Source of the DNA: Antedon mediterranea
Lineage: Eukaryota; Animalia; Echinodermata
Length of the DNA stretch: 64,000 nt
Assembly (NCBI RefSeq): GCF_964355755.1
Contig: NC_092678.1
Location: 14,720,371-14,784,370 of the forward strand
Direction of reading: 5' to 3'
Both the position numbers and the translations under genes were made by a program. Position 1 is the stretch's first letter. The number at the start of each line of letters is the position of its first letter. The notes under the pieces were generated by a model that did not search any database, was not told the DNA's origin, and saw only the letters and a list, made by a program, of their open reading frames with translations. Of this stretch, positions 52,901 through 60,838 are shown piece after piece.

Positions 52901-55900
52901 ATTGTTTACAGAAACAAATAAATAGACACGATGATATGTATTAAACTGAAATTAGCACGCTGGGAATTACTTCCGAAAGAGAAACTTGTCACAAAATGAG
53001 TCCAAATTTGTTATTTGGACTCATTTAAACAAACCAAATTTGTGTTTTGTGTGTAACTTTAGGGTTGAGGGATGGGAAAGAAGATATGGGTACAAAGAAG
53101 AACAATGTTTTAATATATTCTTTATCTACTCAGTAACGAAATATGTTTTTCATGTTTGTTAGGCCTATAAATAATATACCACTTGATACAGTAACACATT
53201 TGCGATTTAATACTTTGTTAAAACTGTCACTGTTATAGTCCATTGAAATAGCATACGGTAGTACATGTAACGATACACGTACCACTACAACGTTTATATT
53301 CTTTGTAATTATTAATTAATACAAACGTTGAGAAGCAACTGTCAGTAGTACAGTTTATTTGTATATTGTACGTTTTGTATAACAGTAGGGCCTACTCACA
53401 GGCCTATAAATAATATACCACTTGATACAGTAACACATTTGCGACTTAATACTTTGTTAAAACTGTCACTGTCATAGTCGATTGAAATAGCATACGGTAG
53501 TACATGTAACGATACACGTACCACTACAACGTTTATATTCTTTGTAATTATTAATTAATACAAACGTTGAGAAGCAACTGTCAGTGCTACAGATTATTTG
53601 TATATTGTACGTTCTATATAACAGTAGGGCCTACACTCACAGTAATACGTTTATTTGTACATGATTGTTTTATACATCTAACAGTACCCACAATCACAGT
53701 AAATTCAATGGCGACCACAAATGTTAATACGTATTTACAGGGCCTGTTTCTGCTGCAACTGCTCAAAATACGGTATAAAAATACGGTATAAAATACGGTA
53801 TTTTTTATACCGTATTTTTTAGTACCCCGTTTCTGCTAACAATACTTCTTGGGTGGTCGTGTTAAATTTCATCTTTTTTACCCAATTTGCCATTCATTTA
53901 TTTGATCGATAATTAAAAGTCGCAATAAAGGAAGTTTTACGTCTCACTTTCAACAGCCTAGCCCTAGTGATAGATATGTTGTGAGAGCACAGAAAACATC
54001 GTAATGGGGACAATTAATTCGTTCCCTCCCCGAGTTATTGTATTTTGCCATGTTGTACTGCTTTCGCAGGCTCTTCAGCTTTGAGTTTACTTGCTTTGGA
54101 GACAAGTCTATTCCATACTCCTGCTTTATTTTTTTAGAAATGTCTTTATAAATGTGGTTGTCCCTTTTATTACCTTTTAGTTGGCCAGACATTTTAGCTT
54201 CCCCACACAAAATTATTTAGTAAAACTGTGACGTCTTCGCTCCACATTTTCGCCGAATATATATATACACGTGTGTAAAACAGCTGACAGCGACAGAAAA
54301 TAAAAACACGAATGTTGACCTTTTGTCATGTAAAAAAAAAAATACGGTATTTGGCCTACGTTCACATGATATGCACAAGAATAATGTTTTATTTCAATTT
54401 CTTTGTGTAATGTTTATCATTAGGCCTATCTAACTATAATTATTTGCTGCAATACACTGTTTGAATAAGCTTCATGATTATTATTTCTATAAAGGATGGT
54501 AACACCCTGCTGCATGAATACATGCGTGCAAATGAACCTACATTAGAAGTAGTAGACTATCTCACGAAGCAAGGTGCATCCGTAACAGCACTAAATAAGG
54601 TAATAATGGGCTAAAGATCATTGCAAAATAAGGGAATGCGCAGATAATATTGATATAATTCGGTCTACGTTCACATCATATTCACAAGCAAAACCTTTTA
54701 TTTCAACTTCTTTGTGTATTATTTATCATAAGATAAGATAAGATAAGATAACTTTTATTGATCCTCAAAAAAGAAATTCATTGCTCGTCATAATAACAAG
54801 AAAACACAATAAAAACAAATATAGCATAAAACCATTCATATAAAAACATCAAAAAATACAAGATAAAATTATCTTCTTAACTTTCTGTTGTACTGGATGA
54901 TACCTGAGGGAATAAATGATTTGGCATATCGATTTGTTTTCACACTGAGGAGCCTCAATATACCACTTGGATTAAGTTGGTCTATGATCACTTTGTGGAG
55001 AGGATGAGAGGCATCTGACTCAATGCGTTCAAAATCTTTCTGGAGGTGTTCATTACCTAATTATAATTATTTGCTGCAATACACTGTATGTATAAACTTC
55101 GTTATAATATTTTTTTCTCTATAGGACGGAAACACCCCGCTGCATGAATACATGCGTTCAAATGAACCTAACTTAGAAGTAGTAGATTATCTCACGAAGC
55201 AAGGTGCATCCGTAACAGCACTAAATAAGGTAATATAGGTCTAGAAATAATTTATATGACTTCAACTATCGTACGTATGATCTGCACCGCAACATATCAT
55301 CTTTTCTACTTTATTTTATATCATATTAAAATTGATTGAGCTATTTAGAATTACTTGCTGCAATAATTATTTAGTAGTAATTAAACAAGTTCCTACAATT
55401 ATTGTGAGATTGGTTTATTGAGCAATGAAATTATTAATTTTTTAAATAGTTTTATGTGGACACGTCATTATAAATTTGTTGAATTTAGAATAATGACAGA
55501 AAGCCTTGTTCACATTAACCTAAACTACACAATTATGATTTCTTTTTTCTTTTCTTGGATTTTTCTTTACCTTTCATTAACATTTCAAAATAAAGAAATG
55601 CACAGACAATTGACATAATTCAGTCTTCGTCCACAACATATGCACCAGCAAAACCTTTATTTCAATCTGTTTGTGTATTATTTATCATAATCTAACTATA
55701 ACTATTTGCTACAATAACCTGTATGTATAAATTCCATGATCATAATTTCTTTAAAGGACTGAAACACCACACAGCATGAATAATTAGTCATTTGAATAAT
55801 AGTTGTTTTGTTTCTTCAAAAACATATAATCCAAATTCTAGCAAATTGACTACGTCGCCCATGCGCCATGCATGTACACAATACTAGTACAAACATTCCT

Positions 55901-58900
55901 TTCATTAAATGTTACTTTAAACTTAATTTCAAATACAGTTAAAAACAAAATCATTTTGTTAACATTAATTATAAATACTACCGTATAACTTTATTGCGTA
56001 AATTAGTTCCCTTTGAAGATACGTAGTTTATTATTGCCTGAGTTATTACCACATTTGAGGGCACAGTTATTTTGCATTGAAGGATGCACTCAATTTTAAG
56101 TTTATCTGGAGATATTTAGCTTTTAAAACCTATTCACTGATTGTTTACTATGTTTAAATTAACTAGTATATAGTGTACGGTAATGATAGTTAATTATTAT
56201 CGGGCTTACGCGGAGCTACACATTGAAAGGATGGGAGATATCCTGTCACTGGCGAAAATTATGTTCCTTTATCTGGTTTTGACCCCATTGAAAAATGTAA
56301 TGTTTTGGTGTGATGTAACTTACAACAATAGCATCCAAATAATCAAAAAGGACACGAATGAATTATGAAGGGACGAACAGGTCGCGGAATATTCAAACGT
56401 TTCTATTCTAGTACGAATACTACTTTAAATTACAACTATCTCATATTATTGCATCTTGCATTACGCTCAACATCTCCTTACCACAATACTAATTTTCGTA
56501 TAGGTTCCAATAATATTCATGGTTTGTGGTACTGATATTTTTTACGTTTAATAATCCTTTTATAATACGGCCACATAAACATACACACTCCTGTGGTGAA
56601 TTTCCGTATCTCCCTTTATGTCATTTAAATCGGAATAGTCATGAAGAAAGTAATGTATTGTGTATATATGGTTGTAAATATACATGATTTGCAATATTGT
56701 AATAAATACCACTGGATACGGAATTGTTTGTTAGTTAGTGTAAATACTAACTAGAATGTTTTACATATGTATATTTGTTGTTTTTAATTTATTTAAGTTT
56801 ACCATAATTTTGAGTTTGCGATTTCCTTTTGATGAATACATTTAAATCAATATTTGAATTTCAGAATGGGGTTTACAATTACTATGAAATAGTGTACCTT
56901 GTATTGCGGTACAGTATTTTCTTAGAAGCTCTATGCTTAATTTAGAATTTACTTATGATGTGTCTACAAAAATGTTCATTTGATTTGCTTGTTGTTTGCA
57001 CTCACTTACTACAATTGGGGTTTTATATATGTCTGATTCCATAGACATATTGTTTCTTTGATTTCTAAATCGGTTTATAAACAAATATTTCTACTATTAG
57101 CAATACTTAAAACACTTTTATGTTTATAGGAAGGAAAAACAGCAGTATCTGTTTTAGAAGAAAATACGCAGATAGAACAAAAAGAAAAATGCATGATTTT
57201 AGAGTATTTTGACAGTAAGCTATTATATTAAAGTTTTTAACATGAAATTAGCAACAAATATTTGAATTCTGAAACAAATGTTATTCATAATGTTTACATA
57301 AAACCATGAATGTGAATGTATGTATGTTATGCGTATTTTTTATATTTTAATATTAGAATTGTTGGTTCCTCCTGAAATATTTGCCAGGGGTAAACAGGCT
57401 ATCAAAATATATAAAAATGAACTTAAAGATGGTAAAATTGCAGTTGTGAATTCGAGATGTATGTTTCTTGGGAAGGAAGGTGCTGGTAAGACTAGCTGTG
57501 TAAAGGCCATGCTTAAAGAAAGGTAACTAAATGCAAATTATTTACGTATACATATACATTTTAGTATTGAAATAATTATCAGTGTATTTTTAATTATATG
57601 TAAGGATGTGGACGACAACACAAAAGGAAAAACACGCCTTTTCTCACTTTTACCACGGTCCGGTGGTGTATTTGGTTTTAATTTGTTTTTAGCATAACAA
57701 TAGAGATCAGTATGGTCCTGAAAACCACAAAATAAATACAATGAGAAACAAAAGTAAATAATATTCTAAAATACAATCCAATTCTTAGTAACGACCTCAA
57801 CTTAACAGGCGACTCTAATAAAAATGATTCTCTCTGACGACTGCGACTATTACATCAAACGGCACGTCTACCTAAACAGCCTCTGTATACTTTGTTAGAG
57901 TATACAAATACCTAATTAATTACCTACACAATTGCAACATAAGTGCCTGAATATTACTATTATATTACTAGAATAAATGCATGTTGGAATTTACTCACAC
58001 TATTTGAATACTAAACTTAGTCTATTCATTGAATCAAGGAGTTATAATCTTAGGTTTGTGTAAAATATATAAACAATAACAAATCCATGGGCGCAGCCAT
58101 TTTGTATGATAAATAGAGGGCGCACTACATGACGATCTACCACGAACATGGTAGCCTCGTGTATACAAATTAATCAAGTGTGAACTGTAGGATGAACTAT
58201 TTTATACAAACTGTTAACTAGAAACTATCTTCTATAAACTAAACATTACTAAATCTATCTAAACATATTTTGTTAATACAAAGAAGGTTTATCACAAAAG
58301 TATATATTATAACATTATATGGCATAAAATCCTAGTTCAAAGATTGTAACACAATACTATTCAATAGGCTTCCTAACTGCACATTCCATGAGTCAAGGTT
58401 AACCCAAAACAAATGTCTAGGCCTATGAATGCAATCATCTTAAAATACAACATTAATGTTTCTTAAACATAACAGAATCTTATAAATGTATAACAAAGTA
58501 ATATATGTATAAAGTAAAGTAATTACCTTTTAATCAGATCTTTAATTAAGTAAGAGACAAAACTATCTGCTTCCTTTACCGGTTCATGAATACAAAAGAA
58601 AGCAAATCATTTGAAAAAGACTGTTACAATTATAGGGGACAGCAACACCTATATGGGGCAGTATTTAATTATCACATGATTAGATTAATCCCCACATATA
58701 TATTTGATGTAAATACTAATACTAATTTAACCATTTTACCTCACCATCATATTGTTAACATAGATTCAATCCCGACGAACCATCCACAGACGGTATCGTT
58801 ACAAGGACAGTGTTTCAATCAAATAGTAAGAGCGAATGGAAGAGGATTAAAGATGAACACGACGGTAAGATTTGTGTAACTACCTGTAGAGTAGAAAATC

Positions 58901-60838
58901 GAGTTTCTGCCGTCATGTGATGCCAAGCGAAACGTGGAATTAATATCTGTGATTGTAGTACTGACAAGTAGAGTTTTTTTATAGTCTTACTCTAGAGTTG
59001 TGGAATAGGCACGATGTTATATGTAATGTTTAAAATAATGTTATTACACATTGATACCGATTAAATGAAATTCAGTGTTTTCCATAAACTCCAACCAGCA
59101 TAATGATTTGTATACATATTGTTTTAACCAATTGCTATTTTTGTACAGATTCCGAGCTAACCAGGAAAATGCGTGAACATGTAATAAAACAAAGGGTTGA
59201 TAAGGAGTTAGGTATGTAATACAGCAAAACAAATTATATAACGCTTTTTAACAATTGAAATAAATCATTTATCCTTCATATTTTTTTAACGGACCTATTA
59301 TACAAATAATGAATGTCTATTAGTGTAATTGTACAAATAATGGCATGAGGTGAATGATGTTATATATCAACGAGGCAACGCCGAGTTGATATTTAACCTT
59401 TCATCATTCACCAAATGCCATTATTTGTACCATTACACGAATATAACATTCATTACTTGTTTTATATAACATCTAAATAGATTCCAGTCAGTTGAATCAA
59501 ATAAAAGGTAGCCCTCTAGGAAAGGCCCACATTTCATTCACATTGATTAAAACAGTAACATTTGGTTTTTAATAATATTATAGTAAATGTTATATTTATA
59601 TGGATTTTATAAACACACGTACTTTAGTGTTATGTATGTCCACAAACGACCAAACAATCCTAATACTAACAGGCCTAGGCCTAGGCCAGACCATAGTACT
59701 AGCTTGACGCTGATTACATTATAATGTACTATGTAAATATGAAATGCAATGTTGACAGTACATGGCCAGACAATACTGCCTCTCATATGTTGTTGTTGTT
59801 TGGTATTCTATGTATAAGTTAAAAACGTAAACGTAGGCGTCTGTGTCGTTTAAAATAGTACTTGGTCAAAATGGTCGATATTCGGCAATCTATAAATACT
59901 TTTATTTTATTTTATTTTCTAATAGAGGACAACCAAAGCTACCCAATTGGAGGTGATTCTGTGAATATTCCAAATGAAATAACTAGCATATGGGACTACG
60001 CTGGTCAATTGGACTACTACATAACGCATAGGGTATGCCTATCAATATGTTGTTTATTGGCAGAATATGATCTGATAATTGCATAGATATATTAATGTAG
60101 TAGTGATAGTGTTAGTGGTGATGATGGTGGTGGTGGTTGTAGTGGACGTGACAGTGGCAGTGAAATTGGTAGTAGCAGTGGTAGTGGAATTGGTATGTAG
60201 GGCCTATATTGCATTTTAATAATTTTAAAACAATTATATTCTAATAATATTTTTCTCGATTTACAGTATATTGTTTTCCCCCCACTTGTTAAACAAGCGA
60301 AGATGGCTTCATCTCAATAGAGTTGCCCAGACATCTATCTAATATTACATTAACATTACAATTATGAGTAGTGTTTTATTATAATTATCATTGCTTGCAC
60401 CATGTTCTTGACACGCACGTGTATATTAATTTGTAATATGTCTTTAAAACATTGTTTAATAATAGTATTATATACTACGAAGAACTTGCAGTCCACATTC
60501 TTATACGCAATGGTGTTAAACTGTAATTATTTTCCTCCTTATATTCTTAAAAAAAGGAATAAAAAGGAATATAATTATGTAGCGTTCTGATTTAACATTA
60601 GTATTGACATACTCGCTTCAATGTGCAGTATGCCTACTACGATGTAAGCTTAGGCCTACTAAATGTCACTAATTATAATAAAAGACTCTCTTCCAATAGA
60701 AAATATCTATCCATCATAATAACCACCTTATATCTGTTTTTGGTTTAGTTTTTCCTCACAAATACAGCATCGTACTGTGTTGAATTTAATGCTTTGGATA
60801 ACTTGGATGAACCAGCTAATCCACGAGATCCAGCAGTT
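1905..60838 (+). CDS. Multi-exon ankyrin-repeat Roc(-COR) GTPase gene (Roco family), 3'-incomplete in this window
   Basis: 23 AG/GT-bounded exons (one GC donor) with compatible phases splice to about 771 aa without stops: MSRLQAALR... N-cap, 15 single-ankyrin exons, pre-Roc [13 protein letters not shown]-loop [14 protein letters not shown]2 STDGI, G3 [19 protein letters not shown]. Confidence 0.88.
2034..2121 (+). CDS. ANK N-cap exon ([29 protein letters not shown])
   Basis: ttacag acceptor, AAG|gtaaaa donor, phase 2 to 0; ends like an ankyrin repeat before GxTPLH. Confidence 0.75.
4402..4696 (-). repeat. 3' LTR (about 113 bp net, plus MITE insertion)
   Basis: Matches 17560-17588 plus 19286-19388; begins TGTGATGG on the minus strand. 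Confidence 0.85.
4422..4600. mobile_element. PIF/Harbinger-type MITE in the 3' LTR
   Basis: TIR AGCGTGGTTTCCACTAG / CTAGTGGGAACCAAGCT, TTA TSD, nearly fully palindromic; the empty site is visible in the other LTR. Confidence 0.85.
4959..6012 (-). pseudogene. pol: Gypsy pol: RT core and RNase H (frameshifted)
   Basis: [33 protein letters not shown] (YxDD variant), DASDVG, EKE, TDHNPL, ADALSR. Confidence 0.92.
7280..9035. mobile_element. Non-autonomous Academ-like fold-back DNA transposon
   Basis: TAG...CTA termini, GCT TSD, TIRs over 400 bp, internal inverted copies of a ~370-bp unit; the host LINE frame is restored on removal. Confidence 0.85.
9679..10541 (+). pseudogene. LINE ORF1 (coiled coil plus RRM-type), frameshifted
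   Basis: [44 protein letters not shown] motifs. Confidence 0.82.
10822..13792 (+). pseudogene. LINE ORF2 endonuclease plus reverse transcriptase, several frameshifts and stops
   Basis: HMNARSL, SETW, YRPP, GDFN, TDHLP, NYRPIS, DLSKAFD, GVPQGS, FADDT. Confidence 0.92.
15079..16630 (-). pseudogene. pol: Gypsy pol: integrase followed by the RT N-terminus
   Basis: [18 protein letters not shown] zinc finger, [22 protein letters not shown], then [20 protein letters not shown]. Confidence 0.92.
16640..17223 (-). pseudogene. gag: Gypsy gag N-terminal part, internally deleted
   Basis: Coiled coil, then [37 protein letters not shown], typical of Gmr1-like gag. Confidence 0.8.
17540..17557 (-). promoter_or_regulatory. 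tRNA-Pro primer binding site
   Basis: Minus strand TGGGGGCTCGTCCGGGA directly inside the 5' LTR. Confidence 0.88.
17589..19276. mobile_element. Non-autonomous AcademH-like element
   Basis: 9-bp TSD GGCTGAAAC (17580-17588 / 19277-19285), TAG...CTA ends, a terminal hairpin at each end (GACTTG-CCC-CAAGTC; GTCTGG-AAC-CCAGAC). Confidence 0.7.
17615..18345 (+). mobile_element. Helentron-associated non-autonomous element (HINE/DINE-1-like)
   Basis: subTIRs AGTCGCGTG / CACGCGACT, (GGTC/GTCG)n microsatellites, 3' hairpin GCCAT-CTAT-ATGGC, inserted in a T run. Confidence 0.72.
19931..20035 (+). CDS. ANK exon A1 ([35 protein letters not shown])
   Basis: 105 nt, ctag|...|gtaatg, phase 0-0. Confidence 0.82.
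21088..21192 (+). CDS. ANK exon A2 ([35 protein letters not shown])
   Basis: 105 nt, atag|...|gtaaca, GxTPLH motif; flanks paralogous to those of A1. Confidence 0.88.
22048..22142 (-). pseudogene. Isolated Gypsy RT fragment
   Basis: [30 protein letters not shown], homologous to 5895-5990. Confidence 0.7.
23426..23461 (+). pseudogene. Dead ANK exon (5' stub DGKTPL, then frameshift/stop)
   Basis: ttatag|GAT GGA AAA ACC CCA CTG C CAT ...; no donor at +105. Confidence 0.65.
23566..23760 (+). mobile_element. tRNA-derived SINE with a Deu/Nin-like core
   Basis: A-box TGGCCGAGCGG, core TTCTCAGATAAGGAATATAAACCGTAGATCC and GGGGTTACCCCGGTGT, internal (TAG)n. Confidence 0.65.
23763..24290 (+). repeat. 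120-bp tandem repeat (about 3 copies) plus short GAGATC repeats behind a CACTACCCAG end (possible CACTA terminus)
   Basis: Units at 23791, 23911 and 24031 are nearly identical. Confidence 0.7.
24766..27400 (-). mobile_element. CR1-group LINE, decayed, internally deleted
   Basis: (TGAAA)n tail; [34 protein letters not shown]; 5' boundary approximate. Confidence 0.85.
27780..28450 (+). repeat. Degenerate ~300-bp tandem repeat
   Basis: ACCA(C/T)TGGTCAAGAAA..ATATCTCA..GTCTCAAATTACTCG recurs at about 27790, 28093 and 28380. Confidence 0.5.
29104..29750 (+). mobile_element. EnSpm/CACTA-like element, left end only
   Basis: Begins CACACAGCAAAATTTGAAATTC, nearly identical to 61010 onward; about 2 copies of the 102-bp subterminal repeat. 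Confidence 0.8.
30000..30315. mobile_element. Kolobok-family MITE, decayed
   Basis: AGATGTATTGTCCCC / GGGGCCAAAACATCT ends shared with the 37510-40366 element. Confidence 0.6.
31626..31736 (+). CDS. ANK exon B1 ([37 protein letters not shown])
   Basis: 111 nt, tttag|...|gtaaag, phase 0-0. Confidence 0.85.
32292..32396 (+). CDS. ANK exon C1 ([35 protein letters not shown])
   Basis: 105 nt, atag|...|gtaata. Confidence 0.88.
32907..33011 (+). CDS. ANK exon C2 ([35 protein letters not shown])
   Basis: 105 nt, AAG acceptor, gtaata donor. Confidence 0.8.
33106..34752 (+). mobile_element. Non-autonomous Helitron in a C-unit intron
   Basis: 5' TCTATATATAAA, 3' CTAG, inserted between A and T with no TSD; the empty site TTTATA|TCATATTACAATTG is seen at about 47690. 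Confidence 0.8.
34165..34482 (-). mobile_element. L2/CR1 LINE 3' fragment nested in the Helitron
   Basis: RSLRS..YGNRSFS...LWNALP..FKSLLKA with a (TTA)n tail. Confidence 0.75.
35127..35176 (+). pseudogene. Dead C-class ANK exon (5' half and acceptor deleted; final AAG changed to TAG)
   Basis: GTAAACTATCTCACGAAGCAAGGTGCATCAATATTAGCACTGAATTAG with C-unit flanks. Confidence 0.8.
36801..36813 (+). pseudogene. C-unit whose exon body is deleted
   Basis: C-type upstream intron, ttatag|ATCGGAAA, then immediately the C-type downstream intron (GATTATACCTATAAACGTACGTATGATCTGCA). Confidence 0.6.
37394..37498 (+). CDS. ANK exon C3 ([35 protein letters not shown])
   Basis: 105 nt, atag|...|gtaact. Confidence 0.86.
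37510..40366. mobile_element. Non-autonomous Kolobok-like DNA transposon
   Basis: TTAA TSD (37506-37509 / 40367-40370), TIR AGTTGTATTGTCCCC / GGGGACAATACATCT, further imperfect TIR (GTTATTCACTTT / AAAGTGAATAAC). Confidence 0.82.
40390..40760 (+). mobile_element. Decayed LINE fragment (Rex1/Babar-like)
   Basis: [21 protein letters not shown] and [12 protein letters not shown]-like remnants. Confidence 0.5.
41931..42041 (+). CDS. ANK exon B2 ([37 protein letters not shown])
   Basis: 111 nt, tttag|...|gtaaag. Confidence 0.85.
42860..42970 (+). CDS. ANK exon B3 ([37 protein letters not shown])
   Basis: 111 nt, tttag|...|gtaaag. Confidence 0.85.
44200..44310 (+). CDS. ANK exon B4 ([37 protein letters not shown])
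   Basis: 111 nt, tttag|...|gtaaag. Confidence 0.85.
44416..45500 (-). mobile_element. 5'-truncated L2/CR1-type LINE with an open RT C-terminal frame
   Basis: [35 protein letters not shown], (TTA)n tail; absent from sibling B units. Confidence 0.9.
46039..46149 (+). CDS. ANK exon B5 ([37 protein letters not shown])
   Basis: 111 nt, tttag|...|gtaaag. Confidence 0.85.
46459..46636 (-). mobile_element. SINE 3' portion
   Basis: Minus strand AAATGGGTACCGG...CTGGGAAGGTAA...GGAGATGGGCACC with a CTTTA-type tail; GC-richer insert in the B-unit flank. Confidence 0.55.
47009..47113 (+). CDS. ANK exon C4 ([35 protein letters not shown])
   Basis: 105 nt, AAG acceptor, gtaata donor. Confidence 0.82.
47496..47600 (+). 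CDS. ANK exon C5 ([35 protein letters not shown])
   Basis: 105 nt, ctatag|...|gtaata. Confidence 0.88.
48085..48189 (+). CDS. ANK exon C6 ([35 protein letters not shown]); donor is GC at a TE junction
   Basis: 105 nt and intact, but followed by gcaattcc instead of gtaata. Confidence 0.6.
48657..50757 (+). pseudogene. Spliced EnSpm accessory gene remnant (SAMD3-like C-terminus)
   Basis: Possible first exon [22 protein letters not shown]|gt; last exon at about 50452 [21 protein letters not shown] with stops. Confidence 0.55.
51225..52320 (+). repeat. 63-64-bp tandem array, about 17 copies
   Basis: TTGCTTGAAACAAGAATTCAAAAAATACAAATCGGAATATTCTTACTTATTTTAAGAAAAATA, head to tail. Confidence 0.95.
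52800..53640 (-). mobile_element. Inverted relative of the Helitron 3' region, including a ~240-bp tandem duplication (53161 / 53400)
   Basis: GGTCGTGCCCACAGATGGTTCTCGAATAC is the reverse complement of 34718-34746, and the similarity continues; two near-identical 240-bp blocks. Confidence 0.7.
53740..54352 (-). mobile_element. Harbinger-like remnant with a Myb/SANT (trihelix) ORF
   Basis: [13 protein letters not shown]...[17 protein letters not shown]...[12 protein letters not shown]; AAAATACGGTAT subterminal repeats at both ends. Confidence 0.7.
54495..54599 (+). CDS. ANK exon C7 ([35 protein letters not shown])
   Basis: 105 nt, AAG acceptor, gtaata donor. Confidence 0.8.
54730..55049 (-). 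mobile_element. Rex1/Babar-like LINE 3' fragment
   Basis: SDASHPLH...PSG..R...[11 protein letters not shown], (TTATC)n tail, TCAT on both flanks. Confidence 0.72.
55125..55229 (+). CDS. ANK exon C8 ([35 protein letters not shown])
   Basis: 105 nt, ctatag|...|gtaata. Confidence 0.88.
55757..55783 (+). pseudogene. Dead C-class ANK exon (stops, 3' truncated)
   Basis: ttaaag|GAC TGA AAC ACC ACA CAG CAT GAA TAA. Confidence 0.8.
57130..57214 (+). CDS. ANK C-cap/linker exon ([28 protein letters not shown])
   Basis: ttatag|...A|gtaagc, phase 0 to 1; GKTA start. Confidence 0.85.
57357..57522 (+). CDS. Roc exon 1 with the P-loop
   Basis: [25 protein letters not shown]...[19 protein letters not shown], phase 1 to 2. 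Confidence 0.93.
58764..58864 (+). CDS. Roc exon 2 (switch I)
   Basis: [33 protein letters not shown], catag|...|gtaaga, phase 2 to 1. Confidence 0.88.
59149..59211 (+). CDS. Roc insert exon ([20 protein letters not shown])
   Basis: tgtacag|...|gtatgt, 63 nt, phase 1-1. Confidence 0.72.
59298..59469. repeat. Palindromic MITE-like element
   Basis: GTACAAATAATGGCAT..GGTGAATGATG mirrored by CATCATTCACC..ATGCCATTATTTGTAC around a GAGGCAACGCCGAG centre. Confidence 0.65.
59926..60032 (+). CDS. Roc exon with the G3 motif
   Basis: ...[19 protein letters not shown]|gtatgc, phase 1 to 0. Confidence 0.93.
60749..60838 (+). CDS. Roc exon ([30 protein letters not shown])
   Basis: tttag|...|gtaagt; completes the Roco YY.TH.FFLT..A.Y motif. 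Confidence 0.88.

Noticed and set aside
19931-55229. V(D)J-like recombination signals around the cassettes
   Set aside because: No consistent CACAGTG/ACAAAAACC pairs or flanking inverted repeats were seen by eye; shared flanks are explained by tandem duplication
1905-60838. Naming the gene DAPK1, LRRK1/2 or MFHAS1
   Set aside because: No N-terminal kinase and no LRRs before Roc; the sequence is too divergent and the 3' domains are out of view
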